A DNA stretch of 64,000 bases from a virus (IMGVR_UViG_3300032254_000001:32001-96000); one strand, 5' to 3'. Positions 1 to 8,600 are shown, counted from the first letter of the stretch. Notes: generated by a model from the sequence alone, not told the origin. Translations and numbers: made by a program.

Positions 1-15
1 AGAGCCTGCTCATCG

Positions 16-291
16 CTAAGGATGATGCTGTTCTTTTGGAACCTTTGGATACACTTTGTATCTTAGGATAACTAAGATAATAACAATGTTGAATGCGTAG
101 TTAGCGACTAATGGATACAGAATGGTTGGTTGGGCGAGTACATATATTAATACGAGTACTTCGCCCCACAGCCACATTTGGAGGAATGGCATATTGACGC
201 CATGCGTGTGTCCTTCTTTGCAACTCTGCCAGGCCATTGGCACACCGCAAAATGTTAACAAGAAGCTACCTACCCATCCAATAATTTCCAT
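16..291 (-). CDS. PQ-loop/SemiSWEET-like small membrane protein
   Basis: Three TM helices; IGWVGSFLLTFCGVPMAW resembles the PQ-loop repeat. Confidence 0.7.
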   Translation of the reverse strand: MEIIGWVGSFLLTFCGVPMAWQSCKEGHTHGVNMPFLQMWLWGEVLVLIYVLAQPTILYPLVANYAFNIVIILVILRYKVYPKVPKEQHHP

Positions 292-318
292 CGTGTTTCC
301 TCACTACTAAATATCACT

Positions 319-618
319 ATGAATGATATAATCTCAAATTGGATACTTGAAACATTAAGTGTCAAACATCCTGCGTTTAATAACATGCCACCTTGTCCGT
401 ACGCAAAGAAAGCATTGTTAGACGGTAACGTCAAAGTCCTTGAAGTAACAGACTTTGAAGAACAATTCGATCAACATAAAGATGTTGAGAAAGGACACGT
501 CGTTGTATTTCTATTTAACCCAACAGACATCACCCCGGAAGAATTAACTGCCCTAGCTGGGACGTATGCTATTTGCCAGGCCAGTCATGGGGTAAGGTAC
601 AAGAATTTACTAAAATGA
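319..618 (+). CDS. DUF1415-like protein, probably 3'-truncated
   Basis: W-x-E...PPCPYAKKA motif; C-terminus runs into the amidinotransferase fragment. Confidence 0.5.
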   Translation: MNDIISNWILETLSVKHPAFNNMPPCPYAKKALLDGNVKVLEVTDFEEQFDQHKDVEKGHVVVFLFNPTDITPEELTALAGTYAICQASHGVRYKNLLK

Positions 619-965
619 AGCGCAAGGTTGGCGGCAAGTGGTGGGTTCCTGGGCAAGAGGATAATGACGAGTTTACTGACTTTGTTGAAACATGGTTACA
701 GGATTGGGTTGGATTCTGCGAGGAAACAGTATTTGATGTGAATAGCTTTGTGCTAGACGAACACCATGTATGTGTATCGCAAATGAATCCACAAGTTAAT
801 GAGTTTCTTGCAAAGCACGATATGACACCAATTCATATTCCATGGCGCCACAGGTACTTCTGGGATGGTGGGTTGCATTGCATTACACTTGATTTGGAAA
901 GAGAAGGCACACAGAAGGACTTATTCATTAACAGAACAGGTCCAGTCACATGTATGGGATATTAA
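552..965 (+). pseudogene. C-terminal fragment of an amidinotransferase-family protein
   Basis: EETVFDVN and RHRYFWDGGLHCITLDLEREG motifs; N-terminal part missing, in-frame stop at 516-518. Confidence 0.75.
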
Positions 966-996
966 TAATAAATACTGTTACATTAAGGAACCCATC

Positions 997-1467
997 ATGA
1001 GATTCACAGAGATAGCAAAGAAGAAGCCAGTTAAATCAAAACCTAAAACGAAAGCTGAAATAGAAGAGCTACGTTATTCCATCCAAGCTGGCACAGTTAC
1101 ACAGCGCCAGGCATTTAGTATAAAGAAATTACTTGTTGGTATTATTGGAAAATATGCTACAGGAGATGATTGGGCTGTTAAGCAGAACTTTTTAGATGCG
1201 GGATTATATTACGAAGGTGAAGACCTGAATGAGGCTAATCGTATTGGAAAGGAAATAGTTGGTGCGCTATATGGATTCTTCCAAGATGGAGCGCGTCGAA
1301 GTGTTACTAAGCTGAAGCGTGAAGAAGATAATCAAACAATGTCATTTACTGCTATACCTATGGATGACCAAGGTAATAAAGCACCTCCTCAGATATCATT
1401 TACATGGTATAAGAATGCACAAACAGGCGGCCCTGTTATTGCTATCAACATCAACGCTCCGCGTTAA
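997..1467 (+). CDS. hypothetical late protein
   Basis: AAGGA RBS, AATAAATA late-promoter-like motif at 967-974, MRFTEI leader. Confidence 0.7.
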   Translation: MRFTEIAKKKPVKSKPKTKAEIEELRYSIQAGTVTQRQAFSIKKLLVGIIGKYATGDDWAVKQNFLDAGLYYEGEDLNEANRIGKEIVGALYGFFQDGARRSVTKLKREEDNQTMSFTAIPMDDQGNKAPPQISFTWYKNAQTGGPVIAININAPR

Positions 1468-1468
1468 T

Positions 1469-1542
1469 TGGATCTCCGGGTAGGACTCGAACCTACATTC
1501 CGGCAGTCAAAGTGCCGTGTCCTGCCATTAGACGACCAGAGA
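1469..1542 (-). tRNA. tRNA-Gln(TTG)
   Basis: Cloverleaf, loop CT-TTG-AC, encoded CCA. Confidence 0.9.
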
Positions 1543-1548
1543 ATAAAT

Positions 1549-1622
1549 TGGATACCCCTACAGGACTTGAACCTATAACTACTGAGTCAGAGTCAGTCGT
1601 TTTACCATTAAACTAAAGGGCA
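1549..1622 (-). tRNA. tRNA-Gln(CTG)
   Basis: Cloverleaf, loop CT-CTG-AC, CCA. Confidence 0.9.
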
Positions 1623-1631
1623 TTAAATTAA

Positions 1632-1750
1632 ATTGTTTAGCAGGATTCGAACCTACGCTCTCCACTGCGGAATTTACGTTACCATATTCAAGGAGGAATC
1701 GAACCTCAACTACCCTCGGGCGGATGTACTAACCGCTATACTATAAACAA
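1632..1750 (-). ncRNA. tRNA-like RNA with a 54-nt anticodon loop containing a second T-arm
   Basis: Acceptor TTGTTTA/TAAACAA, D-arm, stem TCCGC/GTGGA, internal GAGG-TTCGATT-CCTC. Confidence 0.6.
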
Positions 1751-1754
1751 AGAC

Positions 1755-1937
1755 TTACGAGAAACGCTTAACAGCTTGGTCTCGCGCTTCACTATCATTT
1801 CTTGCAACAACCCAAAGACTTCGTTCAACCCATTGCTTCTTAACAATAGCTTTATAAAAGATCTCATAAATGCGTTCAGGCCCTGGACCTCCAGGGGACA
1901 ACCTAACGTCAGTTATTTCGAACTTTCTCATCTTCAT
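1755..1937 (-). CDS. hypothetical protein
   Basis: ORF in operon order. Confidence 0.6.
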   Translation of the reverse strand: MKMRKFEITDVRLSPGGPGPERIYEIFYKAIVKKQWVERSLWVVARNDSEARDQAVKRFS

Positions 1938-1939
1938 GA

Positions 1940-2452
1940 TTATTCCTTTGCGTTATTTTGTGCCCAATCTAAATCAAGCACTTCGCCGTATTCTTCCACC
2001 ATCTCAATAGGACCTTCGTAGTCTGGAAGTCCATCTATATCCATATCGTTTATGTCATATGAGAAAGTGATGTGTGTTTTGTATTCTGGAAAATCGAATG
2101 TAGCATTATGCTCATCCATTAAGTAATCATGTCTTTCGTTTAGCTCAGGACAATCAAATTCTAAAACTAAACATTGCGGGCAATGTCCGTCATCGTCTGC
2201 TTGTCCTTCCCAAACATGCCATTCACCTGGCGTACCATGTAGAGCAGGATTAAGTTCACCCTGCGGCTTGTAATTTGGACATCTTCGTCTGCTATACAAT
2301 AAAGTAGAATGTAACTTATCTACTGGTGTAGCATTCGGGATATTGTTATTCTTAATGTATTCAACAATAGCATTCTTTGTTTCTTCACTAAAATGCACAC
2401 CTGCGTATGTACCTTTGTGATGTGTCTTTCTTATAAATTCATTTGACTTCAT
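1940..2452 (-). CDS. acb1: anti-CBASS Acb1-like 2H phosphodiesterase (T4 57B family)
   Basis: Two HxT motifs (KLHSTLLYSR, YKTHITFSYD) and C-terminal LDLDWA as in T4 Acb1; ATGA overlap with the upstream gene. Confidence 0.85.
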   Translation of the reverse strand: MKSNEFIRKTHHKGTYAGVHFSEETKNAIVEYIKNNNIPNATPVDKLHSTLLYSRRRCPNYKPQGELNPALHGTPGEWHVWEGQADDDGHCPQCLVLEFDCPELNERHDYLMDEHNATFDFPEYKTHITFSYDINDMDIDGLPDYEGPIEMVEEYGEVLDLDWAQNNAKE

Positions 2453-3417
2453 TTGCATAAACGGTAGGAATTTTTTCCTGCCTCCTTAACTTCGTACATT
2501 GCAATATCAGCACCTTCGATTAACTCATTGGTGTTGATAATACATTTCTCTCCGCTACTAAAGCAGATGCCTACGCTTGCTGTTTGTATTATTTCATTGC
2601 CATCATGTACACATGGCTTATTAAACAGATGCACTAAGTCAGCACATTTTTTAAGTAGGTCTTCTTTTTTATTATCTAGGCACGATACAACAAATTCATC
2701 ACCGCCGTAACGGGCAACAACATCTGTTTTTCTTGAAAACACAGATCTAATCTTTTCAGCAAAGTCTACAATAATTGCGTCACCTGCTACGTGTCCGTAT
2801 GTGTTATTGACTACGCTAAAGTCGTCCATGTCTAATAGGATTAACCCAACTGACGTTTTTGTTCTGTTTGCATTGTGTATTGTTCCTTCCATTTGTTCTA
2901 AGAAGAAACGCCTGTTGTACAAATCAGTGCCTGGATCTCTAAATGCTAATGCTTTTAATTCTTCTTCGTAACGTTTACGCTCTGTAATATCAGTTATCAT
3001 TGCAATGATAACTGATTCGTTACCATTTACAAACTGTAGCCTGACTTCGATCTCGTAAGTTGAGCCGTCTTTTCTTAGATGCGTAGTCTGGAATCTTAGT
3101 ATGTCTAACTCAAAAGTACGTAACGGCTGAATCATTTCAATGAACTCTGCTCGCGTAAATTCTGGCTTAACATCAAGTGGAGTCATACCTTTCATTTCAT
3201 CTAACGTGTACCCAAGGTTTTTAAGTGCGCCTTGACTAACTTCTGAGAATAGTAAGGTTTCACAATCAAATACATAAATCTCCTCAAATGAGTGTTCGAG
3301 GATCCTTTTGTATCTTGCCCTTTTATCATTAACTTCGTCTGTGATATCACATGTGGTTCCATCACGTGAACAATCGATTTTAGGCAACGGGGGGAATTTG
3401 TTTTTCTTATCGTCCAT
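2449..3417 (-). CDS. PAS-domain diguanylate cyclase (GGDEF)
   Basis: PAS/PAC region, D-x-G-T-D-L-Y-N-R-R, LDMDDF..VN..YGH..GD, intact RYGGDEF. Confidence 0.9.
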   Translation of the reverse strand: MDDKKNKFPPLPKIDCSRDGTTCDITDEVNDKRARYKRILEHSFEEIYVFDCETLLFSEVSQGALKNLGYTLDEMKGMTPLDVKPEFTRAEFIEMIQPLRTFELDILRFQTTHLRKDGSTYEIEVRLQFVNGNESVIIAMITDITERKRYEEELKALAFRDPGTDLYNRRFFLEQMEGTIHNANRTKTSVGLILLDMDDFSVVNNTYGHVAGDAIIVDFAEKIRSVFSRKTDVVARYGGDEFVVSCLDNKKEDLLKKCADLVHLFNKPCVHDGNEIIQTASVGICFSSGEKCIINTNELIEGADIAMYEVKEAGKNSYRLCK

Positions 3418-3424
3418 AGCGGTA

Positions 3425-3432
3425 TTTATACG
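3425..3432 (-). promoter_or_regulatory. T4-type late promoter TATAAATA (approximate position)
   Basis: Exact motif just upstream of the GGDEF ATG. Confidence 0.65.
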
Positions 3433-3670
3433 TACATTATTACATTAACTTAATACCGTGCTCTATTTATTGTGGGGCAAATCCTACTTCTGTATTGCCG
3501 CAGCAAGGGCATATTGCTTTGGCATTTTGCTTAACGTACTTCTCGTACGACGAGCGCCTAAGCACTGCGGTCCAAGTTGTTTCACATGTAACACAGACCG
3601 CGGATAGTATTACATATTGTGGTGAAAAGGATATTACATTTGACATAATATTACTTATACACTTTAAATT

Positions 3671-3744
3671 TGGAGCTGGTGAGAGGTATCGATCCTCCGT
3701 CTGAAACTTACCAAGTTCCTATTCTACCATTGAAATACACCAGC
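3671..3744 (-). tRNA. tRNA-Thr(GGT)
   Basis: Cloverleaf; atypical T-loop ATCGATA. Confidence 0.85.
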
Positions 3745-3809
3745 TTAATAACATTAATATTGCACACTAACTAACATCCATTCTGTTAATGTGCAAGGTT
3801 TAATGTTAC

Positions 3810-4286
3810 TCAGTGAGTAAACTTACCACGAGCACCACGGTCACCTGCGTGTGATGCAGCCCAAGCGTCTGGCTTAGGAATACCGTCGATACCAGTCATA
3901 CCCTTAACATAACCTAACGCTTCGCGTAAAACAATGCTAGAGTTGAACTGTTCATCTGAGTTGATGTCAATGTGGATTTCTACAGGCAAGTCTTCCAAAA
4001 GCTCTGCGAATTCCATATATACGCCAACTGCTTTATACACTTCGTTCATTAAGCGCATACGTGGCTTTTCTTTCTTAGGGTCATAATCACGTTCTACTTC
4101 TGTAGTGTGGAAAATCTTACCACCGTGCTTTGACGCAATATGTATGATAAACGCAACATTATAACGAGCGTACCATACACCTTTCTTCTTGTACTTTACT
4201 GAGTCAGCACCGATATATACCGTGCTTCCTTCTGGCATATCGTTCAAGTACTGTGTGATTTCTGCTTTTTCTACTTCAGTGAACAT
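3810..4286 (-). CDS. RNase H-like YkuK family protein
   Basis: YIGADS, EIHIDIN, KPDAWAASHAGD motifs. Confidence 0.75.
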   Translation of the reverse strand: MFTEVEKAEITQYLNDMPEGSTVYIGADSVKYKKKGVWYARYNVAFIIHIASKHGGKIFHTTEVERDYDPKKEKPRMRLMNEVYKAVGVYMEFAELLEDLPVEIHIDINSDEQFNSSIVLREALGYVKGMTGIDGIPKPDAWAASHAGDRGARGKFTH

Positions 4287-4325
4287 GGTCCACCCCCTCT
4301 TGGTTATGTATTACTTATAGTAATT

Positions 4326-4398
4326 TGGTGGTTACCGAGGGGTTCGGACCCTACCTGGCCATCCTTATGAGGGACGGATGTCTCCGCTGACTGTAACC
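4326..4398 (-). tRNA. degenerate tRNA-Met-like (CAT)
   Basis: Loop CT-CAT-AA and CCA; weak D and T arms. Confidence 0.5.
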
Positions 4399-4437
4399 GT
4401 TATGCGGAGGAAGGTAGGTGTAAGTTGCTACCTTCCG

Positions 4438-4848
4438 TTATTCTATCCTGCTTGTGGTACCACTTCCAAACTTACCGTGGTTCCAATTGCCTGTTCCTAA
4501 TTCGTCTAAACTGTGTATATGGATTTCGCAATACGCTGTATCGTGGTCTGCACCATTCCATGCGTTCCAATCCCATTCACATTTATACCATGCTTTCTCA
4601 TCTGCACCTAAATCCTTGTACAGTGAAATTGCTCCGCTTACTGCATGACCCCATGGCGGAATATTGTGATGGCTAATTAAACCAGCATTTTCAGTTACCG
4701 CTGTATAGCGTTGTCCTTCGTGCCAGTAAATAGCTTCTACTTCACCGCCGGATGATCTCGGCTCGCTTGAGCAACCTGCAATAAATGCACCTGCAACAAA
4801 CATAACGACTAACGTGTTAAATGCAGTTGATATAGTTTCGAGTTTCAT
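4438..4848 (-). CDS. hypothetical lipoprotein
   Basis: Hydrophobic N-terminus with IAGC lipobox. Confidence 0.6.
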   Translation of the reverse strand: MKLETISTAFNTLVVMFVAGAFIAGCSSEPRSSGGEVEAIYWHEGQRYTAVTENAGLISHHNIPPWGHAVSGAISLYKDLGADEKAWYKCEWDWNAWNGADHDTAYCEIHIHSLDELGTGNWNHGKFGSGTTSRIE

Positions 4849-4862
4849 AGGATTCCTATTAG

Positions 4863-5105
4863 TTAGTTTACAATTTGTTCTTTCGATTCTGCTAACTGGC
4901 GGGCAATGTCTTCGGCTACTGCAATCTCTTTGCGTATCCAACGCATGAACAATATAGCCTTGTCCTCTGCGTTCATTGCTGCGGTACCTACATCACTAAC
5001 TGGAACTGGAAATTTAAATCCACATTCTGTAGTGTACCATAACTCACCTTCTTTGTAAAAGAGAAACGTCACTTTCTTATCTTTAATCATATCTTTAATG
5101 TTCAT
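4863..5105 (-). CDS. hypothetical protein
   Basis: ORF with AAGGAG RBS. Confidence 0.65.
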   Translation of the reverse strand: MNIKDMIKDKKVTFLFYKEGELWYTTECGFKFPVPVSDVGTAAMNAEDKAILFMRWIRKEIAVAEDIARQLAESKEQIVN

Positions 5106-5129
5106 GCAGTTTCTCCTTTATTGCATTGT

Positions 5130-5205
5130 TGCTAGCGATCAGGAGTCGAACCTGAGGTGTGACTATTAAGAGTCTAATGGTGTCCCCGTCCTCGGGGTCA
5201 CTAGC
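5130..5205 (-). ncRNA. tRNA-like RNA with 8-bp acceptor and 5-bp T-stem (selC-like fold), unclear anticodon
   Basis: GCTAGTGA/TCGCTAGC, D hairpin CCCCG-AGGA-CGGGG, TCAGG-TTCGACT-CCTGA. Confidence 0.5.
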
Positions 5206-5207
5206 GG

Positions 5208-5675
5208 TTATTTTAATACGTCTTTAACGATACCTGACGCAGACTTACCATCGTATAGACCATTGTGTCTGGCCTTAAGCAGTTTCATAACTTCGCCCAT
5301 CATACGTGGTGACTTTTCAGGAAGTTCAACGTCTACTATGTCAACAACTATAGCACGTAGTTCTTCATTAGTCATTAACTTAGGCATATACTTTTCAAGA
5401 ATATCAATCTCTAGTTGAAGCTCTAAAATCTTTGAAGCTTCGGGACTTTCAGCATGGGTACCTGTCTTTATTAAATGCCCCATAGTCTCATTTGCATTCT
5501 TGAGAAACTTCTTCATAACTGCTTGAACTTCAGCATCGGTAGATTCACGATTGCCGTCATTCTTACCAGGCATTGAAGCTTCGCCGATAAGGGTTGTTAA
5601 AATGCTAGCAGCCTCTTTATCTCTAATCTTGCGAGCCGTTAGCTGATCTGCTTTTACCGTTGCCATTAATGACAT
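5208..5675 (-). CDS. GatB/YqeY domain protein
   Basis: YqeY-like helical pattern (EIDILEKYMPK, MGEVMK). Confidence 0.8.
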   Translation of the reverse strand: MSLMATVKADQLTARKIRDKEAASILTTLIGEASMPGKNDGNRESTDAEVQAVMKKFLKNANETMGHLIKTGTHAESPEASKILELQLEIDILEKYMPKLMTNEELRAIVVDIVDVELPEKSPRMMGEVMKLLKARHNGLYDGKSASGIVKDVLK

Positions 5676-5697
5676 ATTGCTTCTCCTGGTTATTGTT

Positions 5698-5780
5698 TGG
5701 TACGTCTGGAGGGAGTCGAACCCTCAAGGGATCGGGGTTTAAACCCGTTAGCTGTGCCAATTTACATAATCCACAGACGC
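5698..5780 (-). tRNA. tRNA-Leu(TAA) without long variable arm, enlarged D-loop
   Basis: Loop TT-TAA-AC, A73, CCA. Confidence 0.75.
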
Positions 5781-5790
5781 ATTGTTAATA

Positions 5791-5907
5791 GGGTGATTAC
5801 CATAGGATTCGAACCTACAAGACGACAGTCTAACAGTGTGACCAAAACTAAGCTATACAAAGTTCCAGCCTAACCACCGAATGTGCTACCAATACACGTG
5901 ATAATCA
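5791..5907 (-). ncRNA. type-II tRNA-like RNA with a ~36-nt anticodon loop
   Basis: 8-bp acceptor, D-arm, stem CGGTG/CACTG, variable hairpin, T-arm. Confidence 0.55.
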
Positions 5908-5912
5908 TTGTT

Positions 5913-5989
5913 TGGCAGGGGAGGAGAGATTCGAACTCCCAACACGCGGATTTGGAGACCGCTGCTCTAGCCATTGGAGCTACACCCCT
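5913..5989 (-). tRNA. tRNA-Trp(CCA)
   Basis: Canonical cloverleaf, G73. Confidence 0.95.
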
Positions 5990-7120
5990 TTAAATCATAC
6001 TCCAGTAATTAGTACGTGGAGTTTCTACATTCTTTGCAATGAAAATAAACTTGTCTGTTTCGTAAACTAGCTTACCTTCTTTCTCGTAAGCTAAGTCTTC
6101 GTCCTGTACGTAAATTTCATCGTATAAATCATCTGGATCAAGCTCAGGAATATCAGCTCTACCCCTAACTTGGTCTGTCCTGGCTACTGCCTTGATCTTA
6201 ATGTAAGTATATCTGTTAGCACTACCTGGCTTAGAAACAAATGGCGTTTCAAATATTTCACGCTCTGTGTCTGTGCCACGTTCGATAATTTTAACAATTT
6301 CAAGCATTGCACCTGAGCTTTCACGTAAGTCAATGTTTAAATCTTCTGTAGTATCTGCAATAGCAGTACCGAAACGTAAATGCTCTTCAACAATTGATTG
6401 TAACATATCAAAGCTGAATATGTTCGAGCGTCTTGATACATCGGTAATATCTTTAACTATTTCTTTGCTTACTCCATTGTCTTGGCAGTAACCAACAATG
6501 CTACCTTCATCCAACTTCTTGTACTTGAAGTGGTAGTAAACACGACTTGGGCGATTCAGCATAAAGTCGTTAATATCAAGTTCGCTGTTCTCAGTCAATA
6601 TGAACATACGCTTTGTTTTATCAACACCGTCCATAAGTGACAACAGTGCCTTTTGTGGTATTTCACCTTCGTTGTTATGTCTATCTGACGATGCATACAT
6701 TTTACCAAATTCATCAAATACAACAGCGCATTCGCCAATTGTTTCAATAAAGTCTGTAAACTGTGAACCAGCATATGCATCTTTAATTAACAGAACTGGT
6801 AGCTCTAAATCAGTGACTACTTTGTTTGCAAGTAAAGACATTAGTAATGTTTTACCTGTACCTTTGTCTCCTGTCAGGAGAATGCCTGTTGAAGTATCGC
6901 GATCCTTGTAAGTGTTTAAACACTTTTCAACGCGACCTGGAGTTTTACCATAAATCTTTTCAGGAAGCTCCAGCTGGTCCTTTGTAATTGTAAGGTAAAA
7001 ACCTTGCAACTGACTATACTGAACAGTATAAATTCTTGGAGGCAAAGCGTCCAGCGTTGTTTCTTCATTCATATTGAATACGTGTACGGTTGAACCGCTT
7101 ACAAAGAACTTAGTTTTCAT
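5990..7120 (-). CDS. AAA+ ATPase
   Basis: Walker A GDKGTGKT, Walker B VVFDEFGK, RPSR arginine finger. Confidence 0.85.
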   Translation of the reverse strand: MKTKFFVSGSTVHVFNMNEETTLDALPPRIYTVQYSQLQGFYLTITKDQLELPEKIYGKTPGRVEKCLNTYKDRDTSTGILLTGDKGTGKTLLMSLLANKVVTDLELPVLLIKDAYAGSQFTDFIETIGECAVVFDEFGKMYASSDRHNNEGEIPQKALLSLMDGVDKTKRMFILTENSELDINDFMLNRPSRVYYHFKYKKLDEGSIVGYCQDNGVSKEIVKDITDVSRRSNIFSFDMLQSIVEEHLRFGTAIADTTEDLNIDLRESSGAMLEIVKIIERGTDTEREIFETPFVSKPGSANRYTYIKIKAVARTDQVRGRADIPELDPDDLYDEIYVQDEDLAYEKEGKLVYETDKFIFIAKNVETPRTNYWSMI

Positions 7121-7202
7121 GTATTAGCCTTAGGTATGTGTTTATTAACTTTTAAGTATTATATGACACTTTTGAGCATTGAGCAACTATTTTGGTAAAA
7201 AT

Positions 7203-7289
7203 TGGTATTCCGGACGGGAATCGAACCCGCTAATTGCTTTCGCAAAGCCTGAGTGAAAGTCAGGTGACCGACCGTTAGTCATCCGGAAT
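7203..7289 (-). tRNA. tRNA-Glu(TTC) with long variable arm
   Basis: Loop CT-TTC-AC; V-arm TTGC-GAAA-GCAA. Confidence 0.85.
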
Positions 7290-7295
7290 ATAATT

Positions 7296-7382
7296 TGGAG
7301 CCAAGAGTGAGATTCGAACTCACGACGGGGTTACCCCTCCGGCTTACAAAACCGGTGCAATCGTCCACTATGCGACCTTGGC
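7296..7382 (-). tRNA. tRNA-Thr(TGT) with long variable arm
   Basis: Loop TT-TGT-AA; V-arm GGGG-TAA-CCCC. Confidence 0.85.
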
Positions 7383-7398
7383 AAGATAAAATGTACTT

Positions 7399-7475
7399 TG
7401 GGGTGAAGGACGAGATTTGAACTCGCATCTGACTCATTCACAGTGAGGGGCTTTACCAATTAAGCTACCGACACC
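7399..7475 (-). tRNA. tRNA-His(GTG)
   Basis: Loop CT-GTG-AA, G-1/C73. Confidence 0.9.
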
Positions 7476-7489
7476 CCAAAATACACTCG

Positions 7490-7515
7490 TAAAAAAGCAG
7501 ACCGGAGTCTGCTTT
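7490..7515 (-). terminator. rho-independent terminator
   Basis: GCAGAC-TCCG-GTCTGC followed by T6. Confidence 0.85.
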
Positions 7516-7516
7516 A

Positions 7517-7700
7517 TGGTTGTGGGACGCGGACTTGAACCGCTGGTAGATTTCCTTCCCAACTAATTTAGCTATGGGCTTCAACTCCACAGCCCAAGAC
7601 AGTAACTCAAATACTTGCCCGAGGCGGTCGACTAGGTAGTCCCCAAGTTATGAGCAAGGGCGATTTATTGTGTAGTCGATACCACACCGAAGTGCCTAAC
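7517..7700 (-). ncRNA. structured RNA ending in a T-arm and CCA
   Basis: GCGG-TTCAAGT-CCGC, GGGAC/GTCCC, CCA, internal helices. Confidence 0.5.
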
Positions 7701-7713
7701 TAAAATTCTAAAA

Positions 7714-7831
7714 TGGTGCCTCCCGCGAGACTTGAACTCGCATGACTTTCGTCGGGGGATTTTATCGAACACCCTTATTTAAAGATGCTCTGTAAAAGTC
7801 CCCTGTGTATGCCTGATTCCACCAGAGAGGC
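7714..7831 (-). tRNA. tRNA-Leu-type gene with a 32-nt insertion in the anticodon loop
   Basis: Leu D-arm, V-arm and A73; stem GGGGA/TCCCC encloses 39 nt including a 10-bp hairpin. Confidence 0.8.
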
Positions 7832-7895
7832 TTTGTTTTTGTTTATTTATTATAACATCATGTGCTTCAAATAAATACCGTATAGGAGAAACACA

Positions 7896-8510
7896 ATGAA
7901 TAGAATACAAGAATACTTACCAAGCTACTGCTACAGTTCATCTAAGATGAAAAGCGTAGATGGTATTGTTATCCACTATTTCAGTGGTAAGTATCAATTT
8001 GCAGATGATCCGTTTAACACTGAAAAATGTTTAAATCTTTTTAAAGACTTAAACCGTCCCGCTAAAGAGCGAGAACACTTTAAGATGAACGATGTGCAAA
8101 AGCGTATGTACGCTTCAGCACACTTCATGATTGCACGAGACGGTACAATATATGATCTAGTTCCACTTCCACAACGTGCATGGCATGCTGGTAAATCCGA
8201 ATGGAACGGTAAGTCGCATTGCAATAACTGGATGGTTGGTATCGAAATGGTTGCTACTGGTAGCAGCGGATACACAGACGAACAGTATAAAGCACTTATT
8301 AATCTTACTGAAGAACTAATTAAAGAACACGATATCTCTTGGGATAACATCACAGGACACGAAAATGTCGCTCCTGGACGTAAAAGAGATCCAGGTTCAA
8401 AGTTTGATTGGGATCGTTATCGCGCAATGAAAGAACCAGCTAAGTTAGCATATGCTGCCGCTATGGCTGAATACATTCCGTGGGCTGACGACGAAGACGA
8501 CGATTTTTAA
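7896..8510 (+). CDS. N-acetylmuramoyl-L-alanine amidase (AmpD-like; candidate endolysin)
   Basis: IVIHY, SAHFMI, AWHAG, GIEM, GHENVAPGRKRDPG motifs. Confidence 0.9.
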   Translation: MNRIQEYLPSYCYSSSKMKSVDGIVIHYFSGKYQFADDPFNTEKCLNLFKDLNRPAKEREHFKMNDVQKRMYASAHFMIARDGTIYDLVPLPQRAWHAGKSEWNGKSHCNNWMVGIEMVATGSSGYTDEQYKALINLTEELIKEHDISWDNITGHENVAPGRKRDPGSKFDWDRYRAMKEPAKLAYAAAMAEYIPWADDEDDDF

Positions 8511-8512
8511 TT

Positions 8513-8598
8513 TGGTGCGCCGGGTGGGTTTCGAACCCACACGCTCTTTCGAGCACGAGGTTCTTAGCCTCGCATGTCTGCCATTCCATCACCAGCGC
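8513..8598 (-). tRNA. tRNA-Leu(AAG)
   Basis: Loop CT-AAG-AA, long V-arm. Confidence 0.85.
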
Positions 8599-8600
8599 AT

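Noticed and set aside
5130-5205. Ochre suppressor or true tRNA-Sec
   Set aside because: The anticodon loop cannot be placed unambiguously (6-nt loop or unpaired stem), there is no TCA anticodon and no CCA end.
7517-7646. Full tmRNA (ssrA)
   Set aside because: Too short, no ANDENYALAA-like tag ORF, and an irregular acceptor stem.
7650-7712. HDV-like theta ribozyme 3' of tRNA-Leu
   Set aside because: It does not start at the tRNA 3' end and I could not build the nested double pseudoknot.
7760-7798. Group I intron in tRNA-Leu
   Set aside because: Only 32 nt, with no P/Q/R/S core.
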